From Octopus bimaculoides (taxonomy: Eukaryota): a DNA stretch of 32,044 nucleotides. The notes beneath the pieces are model-generated. The model saw nothing but the letters and a program-made list of their open reading frames with translations, made no database searches and was not told the DNA's origin. The stretch covers positions 74,354,491-74,386,534 of the forward strand of contig NC_068991.1 of assembly GCF_001194135.2 (NCBI RefSeq), given 5' to 3'. Made by a program: the position numbers and the translations under genes. Positions 10,634 to 21,924 of the stretch are shown here, piece after piece. Numbering within the stretch: position 1 is the first letter of the stretch; every line of letters begins with the position of its first letter.

Positions 10634-10919
10634 CGAACAGAAAACATCTATTGTTATGTTGCTGGGAGCAGTAAAAGAAAACAAAACTGGTTCTTGTTCC
10701 TGGATGTTGTTTATGCCCTGTGTTCCTGCTAAAAGCTCGATTCCATTATATGCCAGGTCACCGTCACCGCCGCCGTCGTCGTTGTTTTCGTTGATTTAAA
10801 CTGAGATCAACCGCGACCAATGTCATTCTTGGTGTGTGACCATTCTGTTTTTTTTAATGGGTTCCGTACTTTTAATGGGTTTAAAACTCGTGTAGAAGTA
10901 AACTCGAGAGTGCTTGCAT

Positions 10920-10965
<46 letters not shown>

Positions 10966-11428
10966 NNNNNNNNNNNNNNNNNNNNNNNNNNNNNNNNNNN
11001 NNNNNNNNNNNNNNNNNNNNNNNNNNNNNNNNNNNNNNNNNNNNNNNNNNNNNNNNNNNNNNNNNNNNNNNNNNNNNNNNNNNNNNNNNNNNNNNNNNNN
11101 NNNNNNNNNNNNNNNNNNNNNNNNNNNNNNNNNNNNNNNNNNNNNNNNNNNNNNNNNNNNNNNNNNNNNNNNNNNNNNNNNNNNNNNNNNNNNNNNNNNN
11201 NNNNNNNNNNNNNNNNNNNNNNNNNNNNNNNNNNNNNNNNNNNACACACACACACACACATACACACACATACAAACGCCCGCACACGTTGAGGCACAGT
11301 CAGCCCCAAACCGTACGGAGGACCCTATGAAAGGGACAATAAAATTTGCTTCATTTAAAAGCCTTCTCTTCGTATGAATTTTAACCCTTGAGCATTCAGA
11401 TTGCTCTGTCAACTGTAACGTTTCTTTA

Positions 11429-12018
11429 TTACCTCCACCCACTTTAGCGAAGGCGGAGGTATTGTTTTCGGTTGCGTTTGTTTGTCCGCGGACAAGATAT
11501 CTCAAGAACTGCTGGATAGATTCCGATGAAACTTTCAGGGATGTTTGGCCTCATGACTGGCATGAACTGTTTAGATTTTGGGATCGATCCGGTACCGGAC
11601 AAGGGTTCTGGATTTTTTGTTATATTTACTTTACATGATTACGATCTTACGTTAACTTTCAAGTCTTTTTCAATTATCTCCCTTTAGACTGTAAGTATTT
11701 TGAATGGTGAATTTGTTAACTTTGGCTTGTATTAGATAAGGATAAACTATTTATTACTGTTACTAAATTTTCTACAGCCACCTTCACATTCTATGACTAC
11801 CATTAGTATCGATCAGGTACCGGACAAGGATTCTGGATTATTTTTCCAGTTTTTTTTCCTTAAATTTTGAGAGCGGTCGGGTTCATTTTTAGTATTGTCG
11901 TTTGTGAGAGCAGTCGAATTTATTTCAGATATTCTCATCTTAAAAATCATCTCCAGCTAATCGTTGAGAGGACGTTGGGGTTGCCTTGGCAGAAGATTGT
12001 GCCCTCTGAGAGCTCTTG
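11429..12018 (+). mobile_element. Non-autonomous Helentron/DINE-1-like (HINE) element with an internal insertion
   Basis: 5' sub-terminal stem TTACCTCCACC...GGCGGAGGT, internal GATCCGGTACCGGA, and 3' GCCTTGGCAGAAG...CTCTGAG hairpin-like end. Confidence 0.6.
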
Positions 12019-12499
12019 CTCACATTGTTTTGAATACATTGTCTCACAGCTTCGAGATTTTGAGTGTTAATTTTTAAAATAACATTGTAGAGTTTTTCTG
12101 AGAAGCCAGATCTGTCCGAATTGAATACTAAAAGGTTAACCATGACGCTTTAAAATGGAGATTATTATACTAGTCCTGAGGGGTTAAACGTAAGCCAGTA
12201 AGGCTAACCGGAAGAGCTAAAACCTTGGATTTGAAGTTTTGTCGGTCATTTACACCATCAAAGGACAGCCATATTGCGACTAAAGAAAAAAAAAAGCTAA
12301 TTAAGAACAATCGATAATTAGACAGTTTCTGACATTTATCTGGAATGACTAATTAGCAAGACGGAAGCGTATGGCGACAGGGCCTTGGTGTATAGCTGAG
12401 TGGTATTCGTTTGTTTTGTTGTTGTTGTTGTTATCTTTTGTCTTAGGAACAGTTGTATGACACCACTATCGACTGAGTCACGCGAACAACAATAATGTG

Positions 12500-12551
<52 letters not shown>

Positions 12552-12569
12552 ATGTGTATNNNNNNNNNN

Positions 12570-12606
<37 letters not shown>

Positions 12607-12719
12607 GTATATATATATGTATGTATATATGTATGTATGTGTCTGTGTTTATGTGTGTGTGTATATATGTGTGTGTATGCATATATAAAAAAATATATGT
12701 ATGTATGTATATATGTATG

Positions 12720-12920
12720 TATATGTGCAGGTTTGTATGTTTTGCTTTATGTACATATTCTCATGCATATAGTTGCATATCTAGACATGCTTATATATCT
12801 ATTTAAATGAGAAACTTCTGGAAAGTTTTACAGATTTTTACAGTTCCACTGATGGACTGGATCTGTAGTCTTCGAATTTGCTTTCCCCCTTCCTGGTTTT
12901 GAGAAGCTTACTTTCTCATG
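12720..12920 (-). mobile_element. 3' end of the RLE-type LINE family
   Basis: Collinear with 24000-24200 and 24610-24735; the minus strand corresponds to ...[21 protein letters not shown] plus 3' UTR. Confidence 0.7.
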
Positions 12921-13052
<132 letters not shown>

Positions 13053-13394
13053 CCCTCTTTCTCCTATCAATAGGCCTTACTCCATGCAAATACAAAGTCT
13101 CCAGCCACATGAAATAAAATGTTATTGAATCTAAAATATTGACTTCACGGAACATTTAAAACATGTAAACAAGACATTCACTTTGAAAAACAGATTCAAA
13201 ATGACTTAGCAATTTTCTTTCTTCTTTTCTTGATGAATTTATATATAAATGTGGTTGTGTAGTGAAGGAGTTCAATTTACAACCACTCTGTATAAGTTTG
13301 CTCTGTTAATATATAAATATCTGGTAATATATAAATAAATATACTTGAATACTCATCGCCTGAAAATTTTCAGTCTTTGCTTTTTATATATACT

Positions 13395-13735
13395 CTTTTA
13401 CTTATTTCAATCATTTGACTGCTGCCATGCTGGAGCTCCCGCTTTTAGTCGAGCAAATCGACCCCAAGACTTATTCTTTGTAAACCTAGTACTTACTCTA
13501 TCGGTCTCTTTATATGTATGTGTGTGCGCGCGCGTTTGTGTGTCTGTGTTTGTCTCCCCCAACATCGCTCGACAACCGATGCTGGTGTGTTTACGTCCCC
13601 GTAACTCAACGTTTCGGCAAACTAAACAGATAGTATAAGTACTAGGCTTACAAAGAATAAGTCCTGGGGTCGATTTGTGCGACTAAAGGCGGTGCTCCAG
13701 CATGGCCGCAGTCAAATGACAAACAAGTAGAAGAA
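13395..13735. mobile_element. Tail-to-tail inverted pair of the CATTTGACTGC repeat
   Basis: 13395-13510 on the plus strand is the reverse complement of about 13625-13735, apart from scattered mismatches. Confidence 0.8.
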
Positions 13736-14649
13736 AAGAAAAAAAGAATATATATATATATATANNNNNNNNNNNNNNNNNNNNNNNNNNNNNNNNNNNN
13801 NNNNNNNNNNNNNNNNNNNNNNNNNNNNNNNNNNNNNNNNNNNNNNNNNNNNNNNNNNNNNNNNNNNNNNNNNNNNNNNNNNNNNNNNNNNNNNNNNNNN
13901 NNNNNNNNNNNNNNNNNNNNNNNNNNNNNNNNNNNNNNNNNNNNNNNNNNNNNNNNNNNNNNNNNNNNNNNNNNNNNNNNNNNNNNNNNNNNNNNNNNNN
14001 NNNNNNNNNNNNNNNNNNNNNNNNNNNNNNNNNNNNNNNNNNNNNNNNNNNNNNNNNNNNNNNNNNNNNNNNNNNNNNNNNNNNNNNNNNNNNNNNNNNN
14101 NNNNNNNNNNNNNNNNNNNNNNNNNNNNNNNNNNNNNNNNNNNNNNNNNNNNNNNNNNNNNNNNNNNNNNNNNNNNNNNNNNNNNNNNNNNNNNNNNNNN
14201 NNNNNNNNNNNNNNNNNNNNNNNNNNNNNNNNNNNNNNNNNNNNNNNNNNNNNNNNNNNNNNNNNNNNNNNNNNNNNNNNNNNNNNNNNNNNNNNNNNNN
14301 NNNNNNNNNNNNNNNNNNNNNNNNNNNNNNNNNNNNNNNNNNNNNNNNNNNNGTATGTATGTATATATGTATGTATGGATGTATGTATGCGTACATGCCC
14401 GCATGTATGTATGTATGTATGTATGTATGTATGTATGTATGTATGTATGTATGTATGTGTGTCCTTGTGTTTGCGTTTGTCCCTTCCATTGTTTGATAGC
14501 CGGTGTTAGTTTATTTATGCTCCTGTAACCTAGCGGTTCGGTAAAAGAGTCTGACAGGATACGTACCTTAAAATTTGAAAACAAATATGAGTGCTTAGGA
14601 TAAACTCATGAAAATGCTATGCACAGGCAAAAGCTTAAAAAGGATTAAG

Positions 14650-14860
14650 GCGGCTTAGAAGCAGAATCGTTAGCAAGCCGGGCAAAATGTTTCGTGGCAA
14701 TTCTTCCGTTCCGGTTCTTTAATTGCCGAGTTCAAAACCTGTGAGGTCGACTCTGCCTTCATCCTCTCGAAGGTGATGCAATAAACATCAGCTACGCACT
14801 GGCATTGATGTACTCGACTTAGCCGTCTCCCTCTAAAATTACTGGTATTGTGCCAAAATT
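14650..14860 (+). mobile_element. GCTGGCAGAATCG-family SINE
   Basis: GCAGAATCGTTAGCAAGCCGGGCAAAATG...GAGTTCAAAA...GGTCGACTCTGCC; further copies at about 14970, 17095, 22400-22590 (-), 30100-30200 (-) and 31860-31975 (-). Confidence 0.7.
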
Positions 14861-15239
14861 AGAAAGAATTATACGCCATTATTTTAGCCTACTTTTTGCA
14901 TAGCTATACAATTCACAGCAAACGCGAGGTTCGATTGCTGTTTGTGGTGATACATCCTTTTGAAGGTATATTGGCAGAGTTCTTAGAACATTGAGAAAAG
15001 TGCTTTGTAATATTTCCTCTAGTTCTTTACATTCTGCGTTCAAATCCAACAGGAACTGTCGAAATAATTAATTGTTCTCATTCCTAAAATTTCTAGCTTT
15101 GCGCTTGTGCTAGAAACAGCTTTACGGGTGGTGAGCTGATAGACACTGGCATAAGTAGAATATGAGCCAGCCGGGGTAGCCCTTAACTTTACTGCCATCC
15201 GCTTCCTCACACCTTATTCAAAGTTATACAGGTGACCCA

Positions 15240-15466
15240 AAAGTGCCGTTCACATCGTGCCCCATCCTTGTGCATTCCATTTGGTTTGTGGTAAGGTCTG
15301 TATGAAAAGGTACCAAATTCGAGCGTTATATCTGATAACGCTTGTTCGACACCTCATTGACCTTCTCCACTCTATTGACATGATCCGGAGGTAAGTTGAG
15401 GCAAGATGCCATCGCCAACTTTGGAAGAAAGAAGTAAAGGAAGGAATGTTTTTCCCAAGACACATG

Positions 15467-15502
<36 letters not shown>

Positions 15503-15640
15503 AGCCCGCATATTTCATGCTAAACTTAAACGAATTGTTGGAAAAGGCAAGCGCCAGTGAAGTGAATGGGAGAAGTTTGATCTGCGATATCTGCGGACGA
15601 AAATGTTTATAAAGAGCTGGGTTCGTTACATTAATTACCA
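15240..15640 (+). mobile_element. Degenerate RTE-clade LINE 3' end with an internal poly(A) expansion
   Basis: ...IDMIRR*VEARCHRQLWKKEVKEG followed by LICDICGRKCL zinc-finger-like tail, typical of the RTE C-terminus. Confidence 0.55.
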
Positions 15641-16283
15641 GCAGAGCCCCAAGTGTGAAGTATTTAGAATTTATATCTGAGTGCAAAATGTTCTTAATGG
15701 TCAGCGATGGTCTTCCTCGGTAACCAGTGGCTATCCATCATGTATGTATGTATGTATGTATGTATGTATGTGTGTGTGTGTGTATGTATGTACTTATATA
15801 CGTATAAAACTAGCAGCAAACAGCGTGATACAGGAGTGTCGACTGCTCATTAACATATCACCTCAGACATCTATCAATGGGCTATAACAAGTCTTTTTTC
15901 TCATACCACTCAGATCATATGTATATACACCTTCCTAATCAGCTAGCTAGAGAGTCAGATTATTGGCTATCTTATATCATTATGAAAATTTATTAGTTAA
16001 AAAAACTACAAATAAAACCCCATTTAAAACTCACTTCACATTACTCTTTCTAGCAACAAAATCTATCATACGAAGGGAAGTAAATCTAACATTTCTTAAA
16101 GTTTTAGTTATCTCCCTTTATCGATTTCAGTAAAATGTATAAAACAAACTGAACGTTATTTTATTTTTTTTTCCCCGTCTTCCTTCTCGGTGCAGTAAAG
16201 ATGTTTTCAAATGCCTCATTAGTGTTTTTATACGATTATAACAACTGCACGAAATGAATGGTGGCGGAGTGGGGGGGACAAGC

Positions 16284-16318
<35 letters not shown>

Positions 16319-17012
16319 CACACACACNNNNNNNNNNNNNNNNNNNNNNNNNNNNNNNNNNNNNNNNNNNNNNNNNNNNNNNNNNNNNNNNNNNNNNNNN
16401 NNNNNNNNNNNNNNNNNNNNNNNNNNNNNNNNNNNNNNNNNNNNNNNNNNNNNNNNNNNNNNNNNNNNNNNNNNNNNNNNNNNNNNNNNNNNNNNNNNNN
16501 NNNNNNNNNNNNNNNNNNNNNNNNNNNNNNNNNNNNNNNNNNNNNNNNNNNNNNNNNNNNNNNNNNNNNNNNNNNNNNNNNNNNNNNNNNNNNNNNNNNN
16601 NNNNNNNNNNNNNNNNNNNNNNNNNNNNNNNNNNNNNNNNNNNNNNNNNNNNNNNNNNNNNNNNNNNNNNNNNNNNNNNNNNNNNNNNNNNNNNNNNGAT
16701 TAACTGAACAATCAAACATATAAATCATTTATACGTCAGAGGTTATCGTCTGCTTAAATTGTCTCCCTTTATTTATTTTTTTGTAAATGGCCGATGTTGA
16801 CTTTTAAAATATTTTGTTTATCATAGATTATCGTTGTTGAAAATAAGATATTTCACGAGTTTTCTAATTCTAAACAGAATTTTTATTATTCACGTAGATT
16901 ATCATTTATAAGGAATTGAGAAATCTATCTATGTGTCTGCTGCCTGCCTGCCTATCTGCGTGTCTGTCTATCTGTCTCTTTCTCTGTCTCTGTCTGTCTG
17001 TCTGTCTGTCTG

Positions 17013-17083
<71 letters not shown>

Positions 17084-17907
17084 GATTTATAACTCGGTGA
17101 GCTGACAGAATCGTTACCGTGCCGGACAAACTGCATAGCGGAATTTTCTAGCGGTTCGGCAAAAGAGACCGCTAGAATAAGTACTAGGCTTAGAAAGAAT
17201 GAGTCCTGGAGTCGATTTTTTCATCTAAAGGCGGTGCTCCAGCATGGCCACAGTCAAATGACTGAAACAAATAAAAAATGTAGAAGAGTAATTAAAATAA
17301 CGCTTTAATCCAAGGTAAATAACTCTTCCGAGTTTGTGTCACTTGTACTAGAGTTATTTCCCTTTGACTGCAAATGTTTTATTTATACATTTCTTTTTTT
17401 TACTTACAACGGTGCTGTTTGATAAAGAAATCCTGTTATTTATGCTCAATTATTTGCTGAAATTTTAAGCTAGATCTCAAATTGGGAATGGAGAATGCTT
17501 TCCGTATAGGTGGAAACAAAAGGTCGTGGTAGCGTGGTTAAGAACTTCTTGATTTTGGGTTCAGTCCCACTACGCGGCACCGTAGGCTAACCATTTCCTG
17601 GCGAGTGAATTTGGTAGATGGAAACTGTCGTCTAACTGACTGTTTGTTTATTTTATTTCATTTGTTAATTAATTAATTAATTAATTAATATATTTATTTA
17701 TATATTTCAGTCTTTAGACTGGCTGTGCAGGGCACCACGCCGAAAGATTTTTAGTCGAACAAATCGCCCCTGTTCATTAGCTGTATAGTAAGAAGGTTGC
17801 TTCCCGACCACATGGTTCTGGGTTCAGTCCCACTGTGTGGCACCTTGGGAAAGTGTCTCCTACTTTAGCCTCGGATAAACCAAAACGGAAACTGACAGAA
17901 TCCCGTC

Positions 17908-17946
<39 letters not shown>

Positions 17947-18074
17947 TATAAAGGATCCAATAGAATAAGTACTAGGCTTACATAGAATAATTTCTGGGGT
18001 CGATTTGTTTGACTCAAGGTGGTGCTCCAGCATGGCCGCAGTCAAATGATTGAAACAAGTAAAATAATGAAACA

Positions 18075-18218
18075 TTATTTACATTATTTACAATTGACGG
18101 ATATTTGTCCTCATCCTGTTTGTTGTTAACGCAACGTTTCGGCTGATGTACTCTCCAGCCTTCATCAGGTGTCTTGGGGAAATTTCGAACCTGAGTTCTC
18201 CTTCTTAAGGTATTTTTC
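18075..18218 (-). mobile_element. Penelope-like terminal repeat carrying a hammerhead motif
   Basis: Reverse complement TTCGAAATTTCCCCAAGACACCTGATGAAGGCTGGAGAGTACATCAGCCGAAACGTTG; homologous to 19728-19905. Confidence 0.65.
18128..18173 (-). ncRNA. Minimal type I hammerhead ribozyme motif (core intact)
   Basis: GACAC-CUGAUGA-A-GGCUG/GAGAGUACAU/CAGCC-GAAA-CG-UU-GCGUU; stem II has 5 bp and stem I has one A.C mismatch. Confidence 0.6.
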
Positions 18219-18227
18219 AGACGTTTC

Positions 18228-19640
18228 ATGTCATGGATCGATTATCGTAAGGCGTACGAAATGATCCCACCGTCGCGAGAGGTTATGAAACAGACAGAAG
18301 TACTTGGGGGTTTTGGAAATGGACAAATTGCGGGAGAAAGAAATGAGAGAAAAATTTAAGGTGGAGTACTTGCTCAGACTGAGACTCATCCTTAAGTCGA
18401 AATTAAACGGACGGAATAAGATCGAAGCTATAAACAACTGGCAGTTTCACTCCTTAGATATGGAGCAGGGGTAATCGCATGGACAGTAGACGAACTAAAC
18501 AGCTTAGACAGAAAGACAAGGAAGTTGCTGACTAGATATGGGACACTCCACCCATAGGTAACACAGACAGACTGTATGTACCAAGGAAAAGAGGAGGAAG
18601 AGAACTAATTGAATGCGAACACAGCATTAGAGCAGAAGAAATCAACATAACATGGTGTGTAAAAAATGCTACAGAACTGCTATTATAACAAGTAAGAAGG
18701 TAAGGCTTGTGTAGGATGGAAGATTGCAAAGATAAAGCACTATACAAGGAATTGAAAACGAATGAAACTGAAAATAGGCGGGTAAAGAAAAGAATGCATG
18801 GACAATTTTCATAGAGATGTTGAAGATAAGACAGACGTAGAAAAAAGATGGCTGTGGATGACTAAAAGTGATTTAAAACCGTAAACGAAGGCTCTAATCT
18901 GTGCTGCCCAAGAGCAAGCACTATGGACAAACTACATAAAATACAGAGTAGACAACACATCAGAAAGTGATAAGTGCAGAATCTGTGGACAAAATGGTGA
19001 AACCGTACGGTATATTACCAGCCAATGTACGCCACTAGCTCAGAAGGAATATAAGATACGCCACAACAATATAGCCAGGCTTGTTCATTGAACACTTTGC
19101 AACAAGTATGGACTTGACAGAGCAAAAAATTGGCATAATCGAAAATGATAATGCAAAGATACTGTGGGATTTTATGATTCAGTGCGACTATGAGATAGAG
19201 AATAAGAAGCCAGACATAGTCTTAACTGAGAAAGAAAACAAACCATGCTGGATCATAGATATAGCATGCCCAGCTGACAACAAGGTATGCGATAAGGAAG
19301 AAACAAAAGTCGATAGATATGATAGGTTAGCTTGGGAGGCAAAGCAGTTGTGGTCGATGAAAAAGGTGGTAGTGCTACCAATAATTGTCGGAGCCCTGGG
19401 AACAGTGAGTAAAAATCTCGAGAAGTACATGGAACAAATAGGGGATGCAATAAGTGTGAAGCNNNNNNNNNNGGAACAAATAGGGGATGCAATAAGTGTG
19501 AAGCACTTGAAGAAAACAGCAATACTTGGAACCGCTTGAATACCCCGGAAGGTGCTTGAAAAATAAGAGGTGTTACATTAGTTCACTGGTAGTGAACAGC
19601 TGACACCGTAGTGCATCTCTAGCGTTAGAAGCTGTGCAAA
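18228..19640 (+). mobile_element. R4/Dong-type non-LTR retrotransposon relic (RT end, CCHC zinc knuckle, RLE endonuclease), frameshifted
   Basis: MSWIDYRKAYEMIP, KYLGVLE, LKSKLNGRNKIEAIN, LRYGAGVI, ICAAQEQAL, DKCRICG...HI...C...EYKIRHNNIA, KILWDF, KKPDIV, IIDIACPAD, VLPIIVGALGTV; (TGA/TAA)n tail at 19645-19725. Confidence 0.9.
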
Positions 19641-19656
19641 GACAATGATGATGATG

Positions 19657-19700
<44 letters not shown>

Positions 19701-19727
19701 TATAATTATAATAACAACAACAACAGC

Positions 19728-19905
19728 ATCGGAAAATTATCTTAGGAATGACAACCCAAGTTCGAAATTTCCCCAGGACACCAGATGAAGGTTGTAGAGT
19801 ACATCAGCCGAAACGTTGTGTTGACAACGAACAAGTTGACAAATATCCGCCAAATGTAAATAATGTAAATAGTGTAAATAATTCCTCATCTCTCAAATAT
19901 AGAAC
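19728..19905 (+). mobile_element. Penelope-like terminal repeat carrying a hammerhead motif
   Basis: TTCGAAATTTCCCCAGGACACCAGATGAAGGTTGTAGAGTACATCAGCCGAAACGTTGTGTT...TGTAAATAATGTAAAT. Confidence 0.65.
19777..19822 (+). ncRNA. Minimal hammerhead motif with a core mutation (CAGAUGA), probably inactive
   Basis: GACAC-CAGAUGA-A-GGUUG/UAGAGUACAU/CAGCC-GAAA-CG-UU-GUGUU; stem I is fully paired. Confidence 0.5.
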
Positions 19906-20711
19906 TAAAAGAATAAAAGAATGACTTGTATTATTCTGTCGATCTCTATTGCCGAACTGCTCATTTGTGTGGGCGTACATAAAACCTACACTGGTTGTCA
20001 AGCAGTGCTTGGGTGGGGAGCAAGCAGAATGGTGCTCACATTCACACACACGCACATGTGTTCGACAGAAAACCCTTGAAGGCGGTGTTCCCTCTGGTCG
20101 CTGTCCAGTGACTGAAGCAAGCCCAAAATAAAATTCAAATGCCTTAAACATAAATCCATTGTATTCCACGAAACAATAAATTTTAATCTTAGAACCAACA
20201 GCTCTTCATCTCGTTAAAATTCTATATTCTAATCTGTCGATGTAGACAAGTAAAGACTGAGTGTATGACACTGTCAGTTGAATATGTCAATTTGTTTTAG
20301 CACGAAATTTTCGTCACCGTTAATGCCATTGGGGCATTTCTGGAGAAGGGCAACCGGAAATTATCTAGAGTACCTACGAACGCGTGTGTTGTAAGCATCG
20401 TGAATTGCAATAAGTAAAAAAATAAAATAAAATAAATAAATAAATAAACAAGAGCACTCAGAGAATTATGATTTTCTTACAGTTCGTGCTGAAGAGAGAC
20501 AGATATTTTCGGTAAGAGAATATTAATTTCGAAACCAGTCCACGAATAATAATGTTTTATTTATGTTAATTTTCACTGTCTTGCCTGCATACGGTTTGGT
20601 ATTTCGCTGAATTTCATTTGAGAACTATTAGGTCTTAGTAGACACATTACATGTGATCTTCTTCTAGCACATTAACTGTCCACTTAGTGGTCACCGTTAT
20701 ACACACACACA

Positions 20712-20749
<38 letters not shown>

Positions 20750-20835
20750 NNNNNNNNNNNNNNNNNNNNNNNNNNNNNNNNNNNNNNNNNNNNNNNNNNN
20801 NNNNTCTATCTATCTATCTATCTATCTATATTATA

Positions 20836-21091
20836 TAGGGTTGGTGCATAATTATTGCGGATTTTTTTTTTTTCAACAAATTTTATTCAACAAAAACAAT
20901 AACAATATTTAACAAAAGCATCTTTAAATGATGGTCTGACCGTTTGCCAAGCAAATGGGAAGCAGTAAAAGAAGTAGATGGTGAATATGCTCCGGAATAA
21001 TAATTCAAAGCTGCTTTTATTATATGTTGTTATTGTTTTTGTTGAATAAAATTTGTTGAAAAAAAGCCGCAATAAACATGCACCAACCCAA
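20836..21091 (+). mobile_element. Mariner-derived MITE with about 65-bp TIRs and a TA TSD
   Basis: TA|TAGGGTTGGTGCATAATTATTGCGG ... CCGCAATAAACATGCACCAACCCAA|TA; the interior encodes a mariner C-terminus, LPSKWEAVKEVDGEY. Confidence 0.85.
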
Positions 21092-21095
21092 TATA

Positions 21096-21870
21096 TACAC
21101 AGACATGCAGGACGTAAATAGACACGTCTAATTCTTCAAAATTTCTGATCTGAGCGTTTTAATATGTTTTCAGTAGTGTAGAATTTACAATGTAATTATT
21201 CTTCTTCATTCCAGGTGGCATTATATTAAACATTTGCGAAGAGTAACCAAGCCACGTACAAAAAATTTAGCAGAACTGTCAGATTTTCAAAGAGGTCGTA
21301 TTGTTGGGCAATCTGAGACTGGTCTTAGCCAGCGAAAAATTGCCAAAAATCTTCAGATTCCTCTTGCTACTGTTAATAGATTTATAGTGCAATTCAAAAG
21401 CCAAGGAAAAAAATCAACAGATTCTCGTCCCGCCGACCTGGGCCCTCGGAAAGGAAGCCTTGCTGTTTGAAGAGAAATGGGGAAAACGAACTACGTTCGA
21501 AGGGTTCTGACATTGCTGAACATCTAGAAGTTAGTCCAAGAACGTGTGTTACATATCTGCATAAGCTTGGGTATTATGGACGAGCAGCTAGAAGAAAAAC
21601 TTTCCTTAAACCAATTAATATCAAATAAAAGATTTTGAAAATTAAAGGTATCTAGTTACTTCCTGCATGCCNNNNNNNNNNNNNNNNNNNNNNNNNNNNN
21701 NNNNNNNNNNNNNNNNNNNNNNNTATATATATATATATATATATGTATCTATCTATCTATCTATTTATATATGCTTAAACATATAAACATTGGTTTTATT
21801 TTTTCTAGAGTGAATACAAAGCTGTTTCGGTGTTAGTGCTATGGGTGGGAATCAGTGAAAAGGTAACACG
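21096..21870 (+). mobile_element. Tc1-like transposon relic (N-terminal HTH region, frameshifted; gap inside)
   Basis: [46 protein letters not shown]...RPGRP(fs)...LHKLGYYGRAARRK; a catalytic-domain-like remnant VLVLWVGIS follows the gap. Confidence 0.8.
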
Positions 21871-21918
21871 AGTTTAATGAAATACATTGACAAAATAATC
21901 GCTTTGTTAATAAATTCA

Positions 21919-21924
21919 TTTATT
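21919..21924 (-). terminator. Candidate polyadenylation signal of the SLC22 gene
   Basis: AATAAA on the minus strand about 140 nt after the stop codon. The context is AT-rich, so a chance match is possible. Confidence 0.35.

Noticed and set aside
15232-15389. Open plus-strand frame ending in a strong donor GGAG|gtaagt
   Set aside because: The frame continues past a stop into an RTE C-terminal signature, so it is LINE-derived.
17408-17457. Minus-strand segment with AG and GTAAGT boundaries
   Set aside because: Stops in all three frames and no supporting neighbours.
19431-19504. 32-bp direct repeat GGAACAAATAGGGGATGCAATAAGTGTGAAGC on both sides of a 10-N gap
   Set aside because: Unmerged contig overlap (assembly artefact). 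It creates the apparent EQIGDAISVK duplication in ORF 19081-19539.
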